The position numbers and the translations under genes are program-made. A model generated the notes under the pieces. That model searched no databases and was not told where the DNA came from. It saw only the letters and a program-made list of their open reading frames with translations. DNA of 64,000 nt from a virus (lineage: Duplodnaviria > Caudoviricetes), in the IMG/VR virus record IMGVR_UViG_3300031555_004271, positions 21,818 through 85,817 of that record. The stretch is one strand, 5' to 3'. Shown here piece after piece: positions 1 to 9,972 of this stretch (position 1 is its first letter; every line of letters starts with the position of its first letter).

Positions 1-1
1 G

Positions 2-606
2 GCTAATTTCAATAGAGAGGTTTACAATCTATGTCTAGAATTGGTTAAGAAAACCAAACATGGATTGTTAGTAATAGGTATTAGAAACCCGACAATTGCA
101 AGAGGATCTGTACAGGTACTTCGAATTGCTCATGTAAAGGAAGACATTTCAGATTTAACAACGTCAGTTCATAACTGTATCTTAGAGTTATGGGGTGGGG
201 ATTGAAATTTCGTAGTCGTCTGTGTTAGTAATAATACAGAGTATCATTTCAAGAATTGCTGGAAAACCTTAAAAGATGATCAGCATCCAGTTATATACTG
301 GTTCAACGACTAATACCTTAAGAATTTAGGGTTAGTATGAAACATTCTTTATAGAATGAAGATATAGTCTGAACTCTATAGTTATATAGAGTTTGTAAGT
401 CTAATAAACTTACTTCAACATGTAAATAGTACGATGGTGACGTTGTTAACTTCTTCCCACTAATGGATAATGAATACAAGACTGAGTTCTACAGAGTTTT
501 CAGTCCTGATAAGATGTTCATTAGTAACAATACTGGTGCATTTAATGCTAAACTTTCTATTGACCGTGATCAAGTTATTGGTATTCATCAGTTTAATCTA
601 GACTAA
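2..606 (+). CDS. Non-virion RNA polymerase beta' N subunit, 3' part, join(<2..202,430..606); catalytic GGD|YDGD split by group I intron
   Basis: Frame 2 reads ...IGIRNPTIARGS...LELWGGD then TGA; 430-606 reads YDGDVVNFFPLMD...IHQFNLD*. The joined product restores the DxDGD motif and resembles the C-terminus of AR9 nvRNAP beta'N as recalled. Not in the ORF track. Confidence 0.9.
203..429 (+). mobile_element. Group I intron (227 nt, no ORF) in nvRNAP beta'N
   Basis: 5' exon ends in U (gat), intron ends in G (aatag). Core elements aattgctggaaa, gttcaacgacta (301-312), aagatatagtct (359-370). IGS tcgta-gtc pairs with exon gat (P1) and 3' exon tacga (P10). P9 hairpin aactctata/tatagagtt. Confidence 0.92.
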
Positions 607-620
607 TGAGGTCATTTCAC

Positions 621-1103
621 ATGAGTAATATTTACGAAGGTTTAATAGAAGGATTAGAAGAAGCTCTGGAATACGAAAAAGGTAATTTAGAGCTTCCTAC
701 TAAAATCCTAACTACAACAAAAAATAAGTACAATCTAAAACCTAGTGATATCAACAAGTTAGTCATATTAGATAGATCTCAGATTGAAGAAAATCCTATG
801 TTTTGGAGAAATGAAGTAATACAAGCGTATTGTATTACAAGAGAATTTGGTAGTCCTGCTGATTTTAGATTTAGTACAGAGAATTCTGTATGGATTGGTA
901 TCTATGATGAAGATGCTAAAGCTTATAAGAACAAAGTAAGATATTTTTGCACTAGTTATGGTGGAATGTGTGGTTATAAGTTTAAGACATTCTTCAATGA
1001 AAAAGAGATAGATAACAACAATGATCTAAGTGCTCAGATATTCCTATTAGAGACAATAAATTCACTATTAGATTTAGGAATTTTAGGATTACCTAATAAG
1101 TAA
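621..1103 (+). CDS. Hypothetical protein; N-terminal ~25 aa resembles HigA/XRE antitoxin N-terminal helix
   Basis: RBS gaggt before ATG 621; MSNIYEGLIEGLEEALEYEKG. Confidence 0.6.
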   Translation: MSNIYEGLIEGLEEALEYEKGNLELPTKILTTTKNKYNLKPSDINKLVILDRSQIEENPMFWRNEVIQAYCITREFGSPADFRFSTENSVWIGIYDEDAKAYKNKVRYFCTSYGGMCGYKFKTFFNEKEIDNNNDLSAQIFLLETINSLLDLGILGLPNK

Positions 1104-1111
1104 AGTATAAA

Positions 1112-1153
1112 AAGGAAAGATTAACCAAATGTGTTAATCTTTCCTTATTTTTT
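1112..1153 (+). terminator. Intrinsic terminator
   Basis: ggaaagattaac/gttaatctttcc stem followed by a T-run. Confidence 0.8.
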
Positions 1154-1154
1154 T

Positions 1155-1166
1155 AACAATACATTA
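1155..1166 (+). promoter_or_regulatory. Late-type promoter AACA-N6-TA (one of 18 intergenic copies listed in findings)
   Basis: aaca-atacat-ta upstream of 1221; matches AR9 nvRNAP late promoter consensus as recalled. Confidence 0.65.
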
Positions 1167-1220
1167 GAAACTTTAAACCATTAAAATTTTTATTACAAAA
1201 AGAGAGTTGGTGAATATCAT

Positions 1221-1955
1221 ATGGATTTTGATATCAATTCTTTTCTTGAACTTCTTATTGGTAGCGTAAAAGGAAGAGAGATTCCTTTTATTTACTATAT
1301 GATAATTCTGATAGCATTATTGACTTTTTTTGCTATCAGAGATTTTTTATTAGTAAAGAAAGAGGATTTAGAAGAAAATAGAAAATCAAAGATTTCTGAT
1401 TTTACATTAGATATAGTAACATCTTTAGTATCAAGTGTTATTTGTCTATCTTTATCAGAAAATACTTTAGTTTCTGTTCTTCTTGGTATTTTAAGTGCTA
1501 TTTATATAGTACCTAAAATATCACCTAAGATTATCAAAAAGAAAGATAGTGGAAAAGAAGATAAAAAAGCTATTGAAAATAATGTAAATGTTGTAATTAA
1601 CAATAACACTGACGATGAAAAAGAAAGTCTATTACCATCTTTCTATGATCCTAACAATTTGAAGCTACCTGAGAACATAACTTCTTATAATCAGCTCAAT
1701 ATCATAATGATTCTTGAGATGTATGGTTATATTTCTCCTAATCAGAAGTTCAAAATGATTACTCAGTCATTATTTGAAACTCCTGATGAACAAGTAGAAA
1801 AGCTATTAGAAATGTATGTTTTGAATAAAGACGAATTAGACGAAGCTAGAGCTATATTAAATCTAATAAAGCTAAACAATCGTTTAATCTCTAAAGAAGA
1901 AGCATTACATTGTATAATGGAAGTAAAAAATAAAGGAAATCAGAAAGGGGGGTAA
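1221..1955 (+). CDS. Hypothetical membrane protein (N-terminal TM helices)
   Basis: Hydrophobic segments FIYYMIILIALLTFFAI and IVTSLVSSVICLSL..LVSVLLGILSAIYIV. Confidence 0.6.
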   Translation: MDFDINSFLELLIGSVKGREIPFIYYMIILIALLTFFAIRDFLLVKKEDLEENRKSKISDFTLDIVTSLVSSVICLSLSENTLVSVLLGILSAIYIVPKISPKIIKKKDSGKEDKKAIENNVNVVINNNTDDEKESLLPSFYDPNNLKLPENITSYNQLNIIMILEMYGYISPNQKFKMITQSLFETPDEQVEKLLEMYVLNKDELDEARAILNLIKLNNRLISKEEALHCIMEVKNKGNQKGG

Positions 1956-1963
1956 TTGTATAA

Positions 1964-3073
1964 ATGAGAAAAGTAAACGTTAGTGATATAGCTAAACATG
2001 AGGGAGAATTTCTGGCAAGAGACGTCTTTCATAATGGACAATTACTCGCCCAAAGTAACTCTGTAATTGATACATCACTTATTAATAGAATAACTGAATT
2101 AAGTGATCATATTTTCTATATTTTTACTTATAGTAGTGATACCTTAAATAACGACATTACAAATCTTATTACTGATGACATCTTAGACATCATTAAACAT
2201 GAAATGGATTTGATACTTAAACGTTATTCACATTCTGGTATAGAAGATATAGATTTACTCAAAAAAATCATAGATATTTTCTTAAACAATATCCTAAGAG
2301 AGAAGTATTTCAAGAACTATCTAGAGAATTTGTTTATTCTAAACTCTAAACTATTTGGTCATTCAATCAGAGTTACTATTATATCTCTTATTTTAGCTAT
2401 AAAGGCTAATTTAAGTAGCGATCTAATCAATGGCATTGCTATTGGTAGTATCTTACATGAAATTGGTAGAAACAAGTTATTTATAAAGTTTCCAATTTTA
2501 GCAGAAACTAATCATAGTTATAGTTTCGAAGAATATACTTTAATTAAAACAGTTCCAACGCTAGGTTATAATGAAGTTCTTAATAACAAGCTAGTACCAC
2601 CAGTTAGTAAAAAAATTATCTTAATGCATGATGTATGGGAGGACTTTGATAAGTCATATGATGAAGATAAAAAACTCCATATGTCATTTCCATCATACTA
2701 TCAAGATAAAAAAATTGAAAGCGAACAAAAAGGTATAGCTGTAAATATTGTACAGGCTGCAAACTATTTTGATATGTTTGCTATGAAGTTTAAGAATAGT
2801 TTCCCATCACTAGATGATCGTAAAAATATAAACAAGTTCTTTGTAAAAAATTCTAATAACATCTTCTCTAGAGAAGCATCTGAACTCATAACAAAATATA
2901 TCTCATACTTTTCAGTAGGTGAAAAAGTAACACTCTCTAATGGTAAAAAAGCAACTATAGAAAAACATACTAATGATCCAATGCATCCAATTGTAAGATT
3001 AAAAGACGATACTATACTAAATCTATCTGATGTTAAAGATAAGATTTCAATTGTTAGCATGATCAGCAAATAA
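1964..3073 (+). CDS. Degenerate HD-GYP (c-di-GMP phosphodiesterase-like) domain protein
   Basis: RpfG-like architecture: LARDV N-domain, HSIRV, ILHEIG (HD>HE), C-terminal VGEKVTLSNG; GYP and other metal ligands are substituted. Confidence 0.75.
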   Translation: MRKVNVSDIAKHEGEFLARDVFHNGQLLAQSNSVIDTSLINRITELSDHIFYIFTYSSDTLNNDITNLITDDILDIIKHEMDLILKRYSHSGIEDIDLLKKIIDIFLNNILREKYFKNYLENLFILNSKLFGHSIRVTIISLILAIKANLSSDLINGIAIGSILHEIGRNKLFIKFPILAETNHSYSFEEYTLIKTVPTLGYNEVLNNKLVPPVSKKIILMHDVWEDFDKSYDEDKKLHMSFPSYYQDKKIESEQKGIAVNIVQAANYFDMFAMKFKNSFPSLDDRKNINKFFVKNSNNIFSREASELITKYISYFSVGEKVTLSNGKKATIEKHTNDPMHPIVRLKDDTILNLSDVKDKISIVSMISK

Positions 3074-3098
3074 AAAAGGAAAGAAGTGATAAGAATTA

Positions 3099-4361
3099 AT
3101 GAAAGGTATGTCAAAGAAAACAGTAATAACTTGTAATGTTTCTAACTCTATTTGCTCTCTCTTAAGTTCTATGACAGGCTTTGCTAAAGATCTTATCATG
3201 GATTTTTTCCCAGATGAATACTTTAAAAGTGTTTATGTTTCTACTGCATTAGCCTCATCTGAACAAGCTGGTGTAAACGATGATGATATTCCATTAAAAC
3301 ATTATCCACAGTTATCAATAACGCCTTCATTTGTCCCGGATTATGATGATACTTATGGTGGTCCATATCCTACTTGGAGACGTGGAGTATTTCAAACATT
3401 TAATCACTATTCTGATCGATATGGTTATAAGAAAGTTTTTTACAATGATGAAGATAACCTTATAATCTCTGCTATACCTAATAGAATCAAATTTTCTTTT
3501 GATTACAAGATAAAAGTAGAAACTTATTTACAAAAGATGGATGTTGTCTATATGCTTAGACAAAAATTCCATAATAATGACAGAGTCTATTGGAATAACC
3601 AGTTATTAAAAGCTCAAATTCCAAATACTCTTATAAAAGCATTATCTAGTTGTAAAGATTTAGATATCAAAGATCCTCATGACAGAGAGAAATTTTTAGA
3701 CTATCTTAAAAATCATTCTCAAGGTCATATAGAACCAGTTATATATACTGGTAGTGGTAATCATACATTTGTCCATACCTATGCAGCTAATATTCTAGTA
3801 ACTGTTGAAAATCCTCCAGATACTGATGAGAAAAATGTTAGTAAAGTCAATATGGCTAGTCATGAAGAGGTAGTAGAAATGACTCTAAATATGGAACTAT
3901 GGATTCCTTCAAACTATATGTTTGAATGTAATTCTTTACCAACAGGTAAGTATGAACCTACTTTAGAAGAAAGTAAGGTGTACATTTTTGGTAATGTTCC
4001 TCTTAGACCAAACAATACTTTCATGGATAAAACTCTTATCAAATGGCAAGAACTTCTAACTGAAGTAAATACTCCACTAGATAGTATAGACATGGACGAT
4101 TTCTTACCTTTTGAAACTCTAGAATATGTAAATGAACAGTTAGAAAAAAGAGATTATGAATGTCTTGATTGTACTTTTATGTTCGTTTTATATAGAGATA
4201 GGAAAAAACTAGAATATGGTAAAGATTTTCTTGTTGATTGGAAAAACAAGAAAGTTGTTTTGGTTAACCCTTTATTTAATTATAATCATTATATTGGTTG
4301 CTATGCTAATCAGGCGACCCTATATGAATGGAAAGAAATAAAGAGAAGAAAAGAAGAATAA
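3099..4361 (+). CDS. Conserved jumbo-phage hypothetical protein, probably virion structural
   Basis: 420 aa ORF in a late-promoter operon; no catalytic motif recognised. Confidence 0.45.
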   Translation: MKGMSKKTVITCNVSNSICSLLSSMTGFAKDLIMDFFPDEYFKSVYVSTALASSEQAGVNDDDIPLKHYPQLSITPSFVPDYDDTYGGPYPTWRRGVFQTFNHYSDRYGYKKVFYNDEDNLIISAIPNRIKFSFDYKIKVETYLQKMDVVYMLRQKFHNNDRVYWNNQLLKAQIPNTLIKALSSCKDLDIKDPHDREKFLDYLKNHSQGHIEPVIYTGSGNHTFVHTYAANILVTVENPPDTDEKNVSKVNMASHEEVVEMTLNMELWIPSNYMFECNSLPTGKYEPTLEESKVYIFGNVPLRPNNTFMDKTLIKWQELLTEVNTPLDSIDMDDFLPFETLEYVNEQLEKRDYECLDCTFMFVLYRDRKKLEYGKDFLVDWKNKKVVLVNPLFNYNHYIGCYANQATLYEWKEIKRRKEE

Positions 4362-4398
4362 AAAAATGGAGAATCACATTTAGTGATTCTCCATTTTT
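4362..4398. terminator. Bidirectional terminator between convergent genes
   Basis: aaaaaatggagaatcac-attta-gtgattctccattttt. Confidence 0.85.
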
Positions 4399-4407
4399 AA
4401 TTAAAGA

Positions 4408-4710
4408 TTAATCCTGAGCAGCAGTTTTACCATCATCTTCGCTCTGAACAGCAGTTACGTCAGTTAAAACTACTTCATAAACAGCACCCTGGACAGGAAT
4501 TGCATTAACAGCAAATAAAGGACGATCTAAACCTAATGCATCATAAGTGGTAACACCAGCCTCAACCATAATTACTTTATGACCTGCATCAGTAGCCTCA
4601 ATTTTAGTTACCTTGCAAACTTTACCATCAAAACGAACTTTGTCACCAACTGCGACCCAGCCCTCTAGACCTAGAGTCTTAGACTGAACTCTCTTAATTA
4701 CCATAGCCAT
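4408..4710 (-). CDS. Small hypothetical protein, likely abundant virion protein
   Basis: RBS gaaaggag before ATG 4710; AACA-N6-TA at 4765-4776; biased codon usage. Confidence 0.55.
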   Translation of the reverse strand: MAMVIKRVQSKTLGLEGWVAVGDKVRFDGKVCKVTKIEATDAGHKVIMVEAGVTTYDALGLDRPLFAVNAIPVQGAVYEVVLTDVTAVQSEDDGKTAAQD

Positions 4711-4915
4711 AATTCTTTTATCTCCTTTCAAAATTTTATTTTTTAACTAATATATAATTAGTTTTATTAATATGTTGTTTGTTAAATATTCCAATTTTTC
4801 TTCATTTCCTTTTTAAGTTTTAATGCAACTATTAGATTTCTAACATTTATGATAAGTGCTATAACATTTATAATTAATGCGACATAACATAAAACTATAA
4901 TAAAAATCCTTTCAT

Positions 4916-5977
4916 TTATATGAAATTTGACTTTAGCTTTATACGGTTTAACTTAGTTCCATAATCCTTTTCTATAGAATTATAGAGTATTTTTACTCGA
5001 TTACTACCCATAACTGAATTTTGTCTTTTCAAGTTATAATACAAACCCATATTTACATCAGCATCAGAATAGATAGTAATATCCATATTGAGAAATCCTA
5101 ATCTAGCAAAATGGTTTACTATCAAACCATAACCTTTACCATTAACTGAAGTAAAGATTTTGTTTTCTGTATTTCCTTTATAGAAATACTCTCTAATACC
5201 AACTATATCAAATGGACCTTCTGACATTACTAGCTCTATCTTTGGTGTTAATAAATCTATCCTAGAACTACATGTATAAAATCTTTTTCCAGCTTGATTA
5301 TTAAAAATGTTATACATATAGTATCGTTCATTTTTCTTACAATTAGGATCTATATTACGGAATATAATGTATGATTGATCGGAACTTAAGAAACCTATAT
5401 AGTTTCTAATAATGTTCTTTAGCATATAATCATTTAGATTTATATCCTCAATCTCATTTTGTTCTATAAACTGCTTAAATGAGAATATAACTTTATAATC
5501 TTGTATATATTGTTCTGGTTCTAGATCAAAACTATAGCGAGAGTTAATGTAGTCTAACTTTGCTTTTTCTCTAGAAGTTCCATTAAAATCTGGTAGTACT
5601 AGATTCTCCTTTTTCAATAAAGACTTTACATCATAAGTACTGTCTGAAAATTTTTTATTTTTTCTTGTTCTTGTATTTTCCTTATTGAATTTTTCCAATT
5701 CTCCCATGAGTACATAATCTAGAACATTTATATCCTTAAGAAAGTTTCTATCAACATTTCCAGAACTAGTACATTTCTGACAGTAATATGGAAAACAGTA
5801 AGCATTGTCTAATCCAATATACATATGAGTATGAAGTGCTGACTTTTGTGAATCTCCACAGTAACAACACCGTATCATCAATTCGTTCTTTGCACTGTTT
5901 AAATTAGCAGGATGTACATTTGATTGTATACTTTTAATAAGTCTTAATTTTAAGTCTTCATGTGTCATATCAATCAT
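4916..5977 (-). CDS. DNA primase (Zn-finger + TOPRIM)
   Basis: CCYCGDS...CQKC zinc motif, SEGPFD and YSDAD TOPRIM motifs. Confidence 0.88.
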   Translation of the reverse strand: MIDMTHEDLKLRLIKSIQSNVHPANLNSAKNELMIRCCYCGDSQKSALHTHMYIGLDNAYCFPYYCQKCTSSGNVDRNFLKDINVLDYVLMGELEKFNKENTRTRKNKKFSDSTYDVKSLLKKENLVLPDFNGTSREKAKLDYINSRYSFDLEPEQYIQDYKVIFSFKQFIEQNEIEDINLNDYMLKNIIRNYIGFLSSDQSYIIFRNIDPNCKKNERYYMYNIFNNQAGKRFYTCSSRIDLLTPKIELVMSEGPFDIVGIREYFYKGNTENKIFTSVNGKGYGLIVNHFARLGFLNMDITIYSDADVNMGLYYNLKRQNSVMGSNRVKILYNSIEKDYGTKLNRIKLKSNFI

Positions 5978-6785
5978 CCATTTCTACTCTATATGATAAA
6001 AGTGACTCATATAGTATATTAGGAATCTTATCTTTATATTCATCAGCTACTTTCTTAATTAAAGCTTCTTTTTCTTCTTTATACCATTTAAATGCAGTTA
6101 TTTCATCTTTAAAGAATTTTGTTTTTTGTTTACCCAAAATATTTAATCCTGCTTGATAGCAATCGTATTTTTTAACATATTTTACTCCAATTACACAATC
6201 TCCTCTAAACTTTTCATTTCTTATAAAAAGTTTATTAATTCTATCTGGAACAAAGCAACAATTATCACTATTGTAAATCTTATTATGCTTAACTATAATA
6301 TCTTTATCTAAACACATAGTTTCATTTTCTACAGTATAATAGTTTTTGTCAAACCAAAATGCAAAATTATCGTAATTAAGCCATTCATCACTAACTTTAC
6401 AATCTATATAAGTTGGAAGTTTCTTTAAAGACTTTTTATCATAACATCGCACTAACATATCACGCCATGTATCATAACATTTACTATGTTTGCCATTTTC
6501 CATTATTAAATGGCTATGTTCTTTATAAAGACCTAAACATCCAACATCTAAGATAGTTTTTTGAAATGGATTCTTTACATTATTTTCTAAAATATGATCT
6601 AGTCTCGTTATATACGTATATTCATTCTCATCTAAAAATTTAATTTCAACTTTTTTATTACTTTCGTAATTTACAATTTCAAAAGGTGTATTATTTATAG
6701 TCTTTATATTTTCTTTAAAATCATCTTTATTTAAAGGATTGAACGTTCGTCCAATATATTCATCTTTTAAATTAGTATAAAACAT
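5970..6785 (-). CDS. Free-standing HNH-type homing endonuclease
   Basis: WRDMLVRCY, VSDEWLNYDNFAFWF, CLDKDII...YNSDNCCFVP motifs plus AP2-like C-terminus. Confidence 0.8.
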   Translation of the reverse strand: MFYTNLKDEYIGRTFNPLNKDDFKENIKTINNTPFEIVNYESNKKVEIKFLDENEYTYITRLDHILENNVKNPFQKTILDVGCLGLYKEHSHLIMENGKHSKCYDTWRDMLVRCYDKKSLKKLPTYIDCKVSDEWLNYDNFAFWFDKNYYTVENETMCLDKDIIVKHNKIYNSDNCCFVPDRINKLFIRNEKFRGDCVIGVKYVKKYDCYQAGLNILGKQKTKFFKDEITAFKWYKEEKEALIKKVADEYKDKIPNILYESLLSYRVEMDD

Positions 6786-6865
6786 ATTACCGATTATTCT
6801 CCTTTCTAATCAAAAAATTTTCCCTATAATTCTTAGTTTTTAAGAATTATAGGGAAATAAAATTT

Positions 6866-8362
6866 TTATATCAGTTTTATAAAGCTTAGAATTTCATCAG
6901 CAAGATCGTCCACTCTACAGATAATTTCTTCTGGTTCATACTCTTCAGTCGGATTGTACTCTTCAAAGGGGATTAGATAATTGTACTTACTAACAGAAAT
7001 ATTACCAACTAGTTTGATTATCAGTTTAGACTGAATAATGTTTTGACTAATGTAACTGTACTTATTACGAATTAGATCTTTATAAGTTCTAGATTCAGTA
7101 ATTCTTTCAAATAGTTTAGAATTCTTAGTTGTCATACGTTTTTCATTGAGTCTATCTGGGAGCGCTATGATATACTCAGCTAAACAACTATAATCGTTCA
7201 TCTTTAACCATTTGTAAAGTAGAATTACTAGATAGATATACTCATCACGATTACAATTATACAGATTACTATAAGAACCCATATATTTTGCAAAGAATAG
7301 AAATAACAAGTTAGTCTGAAACTTATTAATGTGAATATGTTTTTTGTAATACTCAAATTCATCCTGAGAAATTCTAATTTTAAACTCATTCTGAATATTT
7401 TCAATCTGATACTGAATGGAAAGCTGATTAATAATGATTTTACTCTCGTCTCGCTTACTCATATTAGCTTCCCATTTATCAAACATTGTTAATCCTTCAC
7501 GATCAACTTGATTCAGATTAACAGGTTTAAACGTAATCTTGTAGTTCTTAGAGAATTCAAATGTAATCTTACGTTTAATAACGACATGGAATAGATTAAT
7601 GATATTTCTATCACTAATAGTTTTAGGTAGAATACCAATTACTATGTCCTTCAAAAACTCCATAGTAATGACATTTACATCTTTGGATTTATTAGTTAGT
7701 AGATTCCAGATAGTCTTATCACTATATTGTGTGGATACAACACGAGAATAAACAAATCTGTGAATCTTGTTCATCATTTCAATTTTTCCTTGATAAAGCT
7801 TTATAATAGCTTCAAAAACATCATATAAAGTATCATTTACCTCGTGTTTTCTTCTCTCGCAAAATTCAGTAATTAAAGGAATAGATAGTCGAATACTTTC
7901 TGCTGCTTTTAATAGGATTTTTACATGTTCATCTGTGAACTGTAATTCTTGGTTGATCTTCTTAGTCTTTTTAGTTTCCTCTGTCTGTTCATCAAGCTCT
8001 TCTACATAATTACCGTTTATATACTCACTAACAAAATTTTTCACTGTTTTGTTATTAATAACAGTAACTATATCATTGATCATTTCTTCTTTAGTATATT
8101 CATTTTCTAGATTCTTTACTTTATATGCAATTTGTAGGTAAGGAAGTATAATTTTTTCATTACAAGTATTAAAAACTCGTTTTATAGAATCTGTTATAAG
8201 ATTATTGATGGTATAGTATGAACGTTTCTTTAATGAGAAATCATTCATGTGGGATATTCCATCTTCATTGAAAATCTTATCGAATTCTATGATAACGAAT
8301 TTTCCATCTTCATTTTCATGTATAAAATCATCATAGATAATCTTCGCATTTCCTATTTCCAA
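6866..8362 (-). CDS. Sigma-like promoter-specificity subunit of nvRNAP (AR9 gp226-like)
   Basis: FDKIFNEDGISHMNDFSLKKRSYY, INQELQFTD, YSRVVSTQYSDKTIW and LADEILSFIKLI match the recalled AR9 gp226 sequence over its full length. Confidence 0.8.
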   Translation of the reverse strand: MEIGNAKIIYDDFIHENEDGKFVIIEFDKIFNEDGISHMNDFSLKKRSYYTINNLITDSIKRVFNTCNEKIILPYLQIAYKVKNLENEYTKEEMINDIVTVINNKTVKNFVSEYINGNYVEELDEQTEETKKTKKINQELQFTDEHVKILLKAAESIRLSIPLITEFCERRKHEVNDTLYDVFEAIIKLYQGKIEMMNKIHRFVYSRVVSTQYSDKTIWNLLTNKSKDVNVITMEFLKDIVIGILPKTISDRNIINLFHVVIKRKITFEFSKNYKITFKPVNLNQVDREGLTMFDKWEANMSKRDESKIIINQLSIQYQIENIQNEFKIRISQDEFEYYKKHIHINKFQTNLLFLFFAKYMGSYSNLYNCNRDEYIYLVILLYKWLKMNDYSCLAEYIIALPDRLNEKRMTTKNSKLFERITESRTYKDLIRNKYSYISQNIIQSKLIIKLVGNISVSKYNYLIPFEEYNPTEEYEPEEIICRVDDLADEILSFIKLI

Positions 8363-8460
8363 TTTAGTCCACCTATCCTTCCATTACTATTTACACTTTT
8401 GGTAAAAAATAAGTCTTGTTGACCTATTGATAATATATTTTTATAGAAAAGTTTAACGTT

Positions 8461-8715
8461 TTAAAATTTCTTATCTACGTCATTGAAAAACAAATCTTCA
8501 ATAGGAAATACGAAGAACTTACCATCATCCCAATCAAAACCAAGTCCAGCAAAAGGAAGACAAATAGTGCATGGACTAGGACCTATATATGCTTTACCAG
8601 ATAAAGGTTTAGATCTTATAGCAATAGGAATATCTTTATTATCATCATTTACTATTTCATTTAGAACGTCTTTTAGTTGTCCTATAGTTAAATACTTTTT
8701 TTCTTGATTTTTCAT
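8461..8715 (-). CDS. Small hypothetical protein
   Basis: RBS ggaggt; TATATAT motif upstream. Confidence 0.6.
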   Translation of the reverse strand: MKNQEKKYLTIGQLKDVLNEIVNDDNKDIPIAIRSKPLSGKAYIGPSPCTICLPFAGLGFDWDDGKFFVFPIEDLFFNDVDKKF

Positions 8716-8873
8716 TTTTTAAATACCTCCATTTTTTATATTGCTATTTTTAAGATATATAGTCATAACTAATTTTAAACTATGACTTAAAACAATTTTA
8801 TAATAGAGTATAATGAAAAATGTATTTTTTTTTATACTAAAGATTCTATAATGAAGAAAGGAATGTAATAAAT

Positions 8874-9926
8874 ATGGATAATGTTAAATTTTGTCAAGCT
8901 GTTCCTTCTTTAGAAGTTGTTTTAAAGTTTTTTTATGATGACGAGACTATTAAAGAAGTAGTTATTGAAGAAGGTAAATTATTAAAAAATGTATCTTATC
9001 TAGATATGGATAGTGGTGAAATAAAAACTGTTAACGGTTTATTGAAAGCTATTAACTTTACTTCTAGAGCATTTACATCTGGTAGAGATTATTGTATTCA
9101 TGATGATGAATCAGTATTTGATAAATATGTAAGAATTAATTCTTTAATTCTAGACTGTTCTGATAAATATGAATGTAATGTAATTTCTATTCCAGTTAGA
9201 ATGTTAAAAGATGTTGGAGGCATGGAAAATGCTCCTGTTATTGCTATTAATGGTGTAAGATATGCAAATATGGCTACAGCTATTGCTAATGCTGAAACTG
9301 GTAGTACTGTTACATTAGTAGAAGATACTGCTGATGATGGTATTAAAATTGAAGAGGGTAAAGAGATTGTAATTGACTTAAATGGTCATACTTATTCATT
9401 ACTAGGTGGTGTTGGTAGTCCTGGTACTACTGCTAATGGTCTACAACTACTAGAAGGTAGTAACGTAACTATTAAGAATGGTACTCTAACAGTTCCTTAT
9501 ACTCATAAGGATAAATTTGGTACTGGCATCCAAAACTATGCTAACCTAACATTAGAAAATGTAATTCTTGATGGTAAACATCTAGATAGACATGCTTTTA
9601 ACAGTGGTGTATCTTATGCACTATCCAATAACTGTGGTACTATTAACATTATCGGTAACACTAGTATTATCGCTAATGACGATGGTGATAAGGCATTTGC
9701 ATTTGATGTTTGCAAGTTTAGGGATTATGAACCTCCTATCGTAAATGTTAATACAACTGGTACTATTCGTGGTAACATTGAAGTCTCTGAAGGTTTAGAT
9801 GCTAACTTAAGAATTACTGGTGGTACATTTACTATGGATGTATCTAAATGGGTACCTGAAGGCTTTGCTGTTACTGCAAATGAAGATGGTACTTATACTG
9901 TTAAGGCAGAAGAAGTTACTGAATAA
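8874..9926 (+). CDS. Virion structural protein with C-terminal beta-helix (pectin-lyase-like) region
   Basis: G/N/T-rich beta-strand repeats (IVIDLNGHT, NVTIKNGTL, LTLENVIL); late promoter at 8791-8802. Confidence 0.55.
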   Translation: MDNVKFCQAVPSLEVVLKFFYDDETIKEVVIEEGKLLKNVSYLDMDSGEIKTVNGLLKAINFTSRAFTSGRDYCIHDDESVFDKYVRINSLILDCSDKYECNVISIPVRMLKDVGGMENAPVIAINGVRYANMATAIANAETGSTVTLVEDTADDGIKIEEGKEIVIDLNGHTYSLLGGVGSPGTTANGLQLLEGSNVTIKNGTLTVPYTHKDKFGTGIQNYANLTLENVILDGKHLDRHAFNSGVSYALSNNCGTINIIGNTSIIANDDGDKAFAFDVCKFRDYEPPIVNVNTTGTIRGNIEVSEGLDANLRITGGTFTMDVSKWVPEGFAVTANEDGTYTVKAEEVTE

Positions 9927-9933
9927 AAATTTA

Positions 9934-9972
9934 AAAGTAAGTATAGGCTTAATTGCCTATACTTACTTTCTT
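9934..9972. terminator. Bidirectional terminator
   Basis: aaaagtaagtataggc-ttaatt-gcctatacttactttc. Confidence 0.85.

Noticed and set aside
4830-4900. Three spaced taacat motifs downstream of primase (possible iterons)
   Set aside because: Short, irregular and expected by chance in very AT-rich DNA
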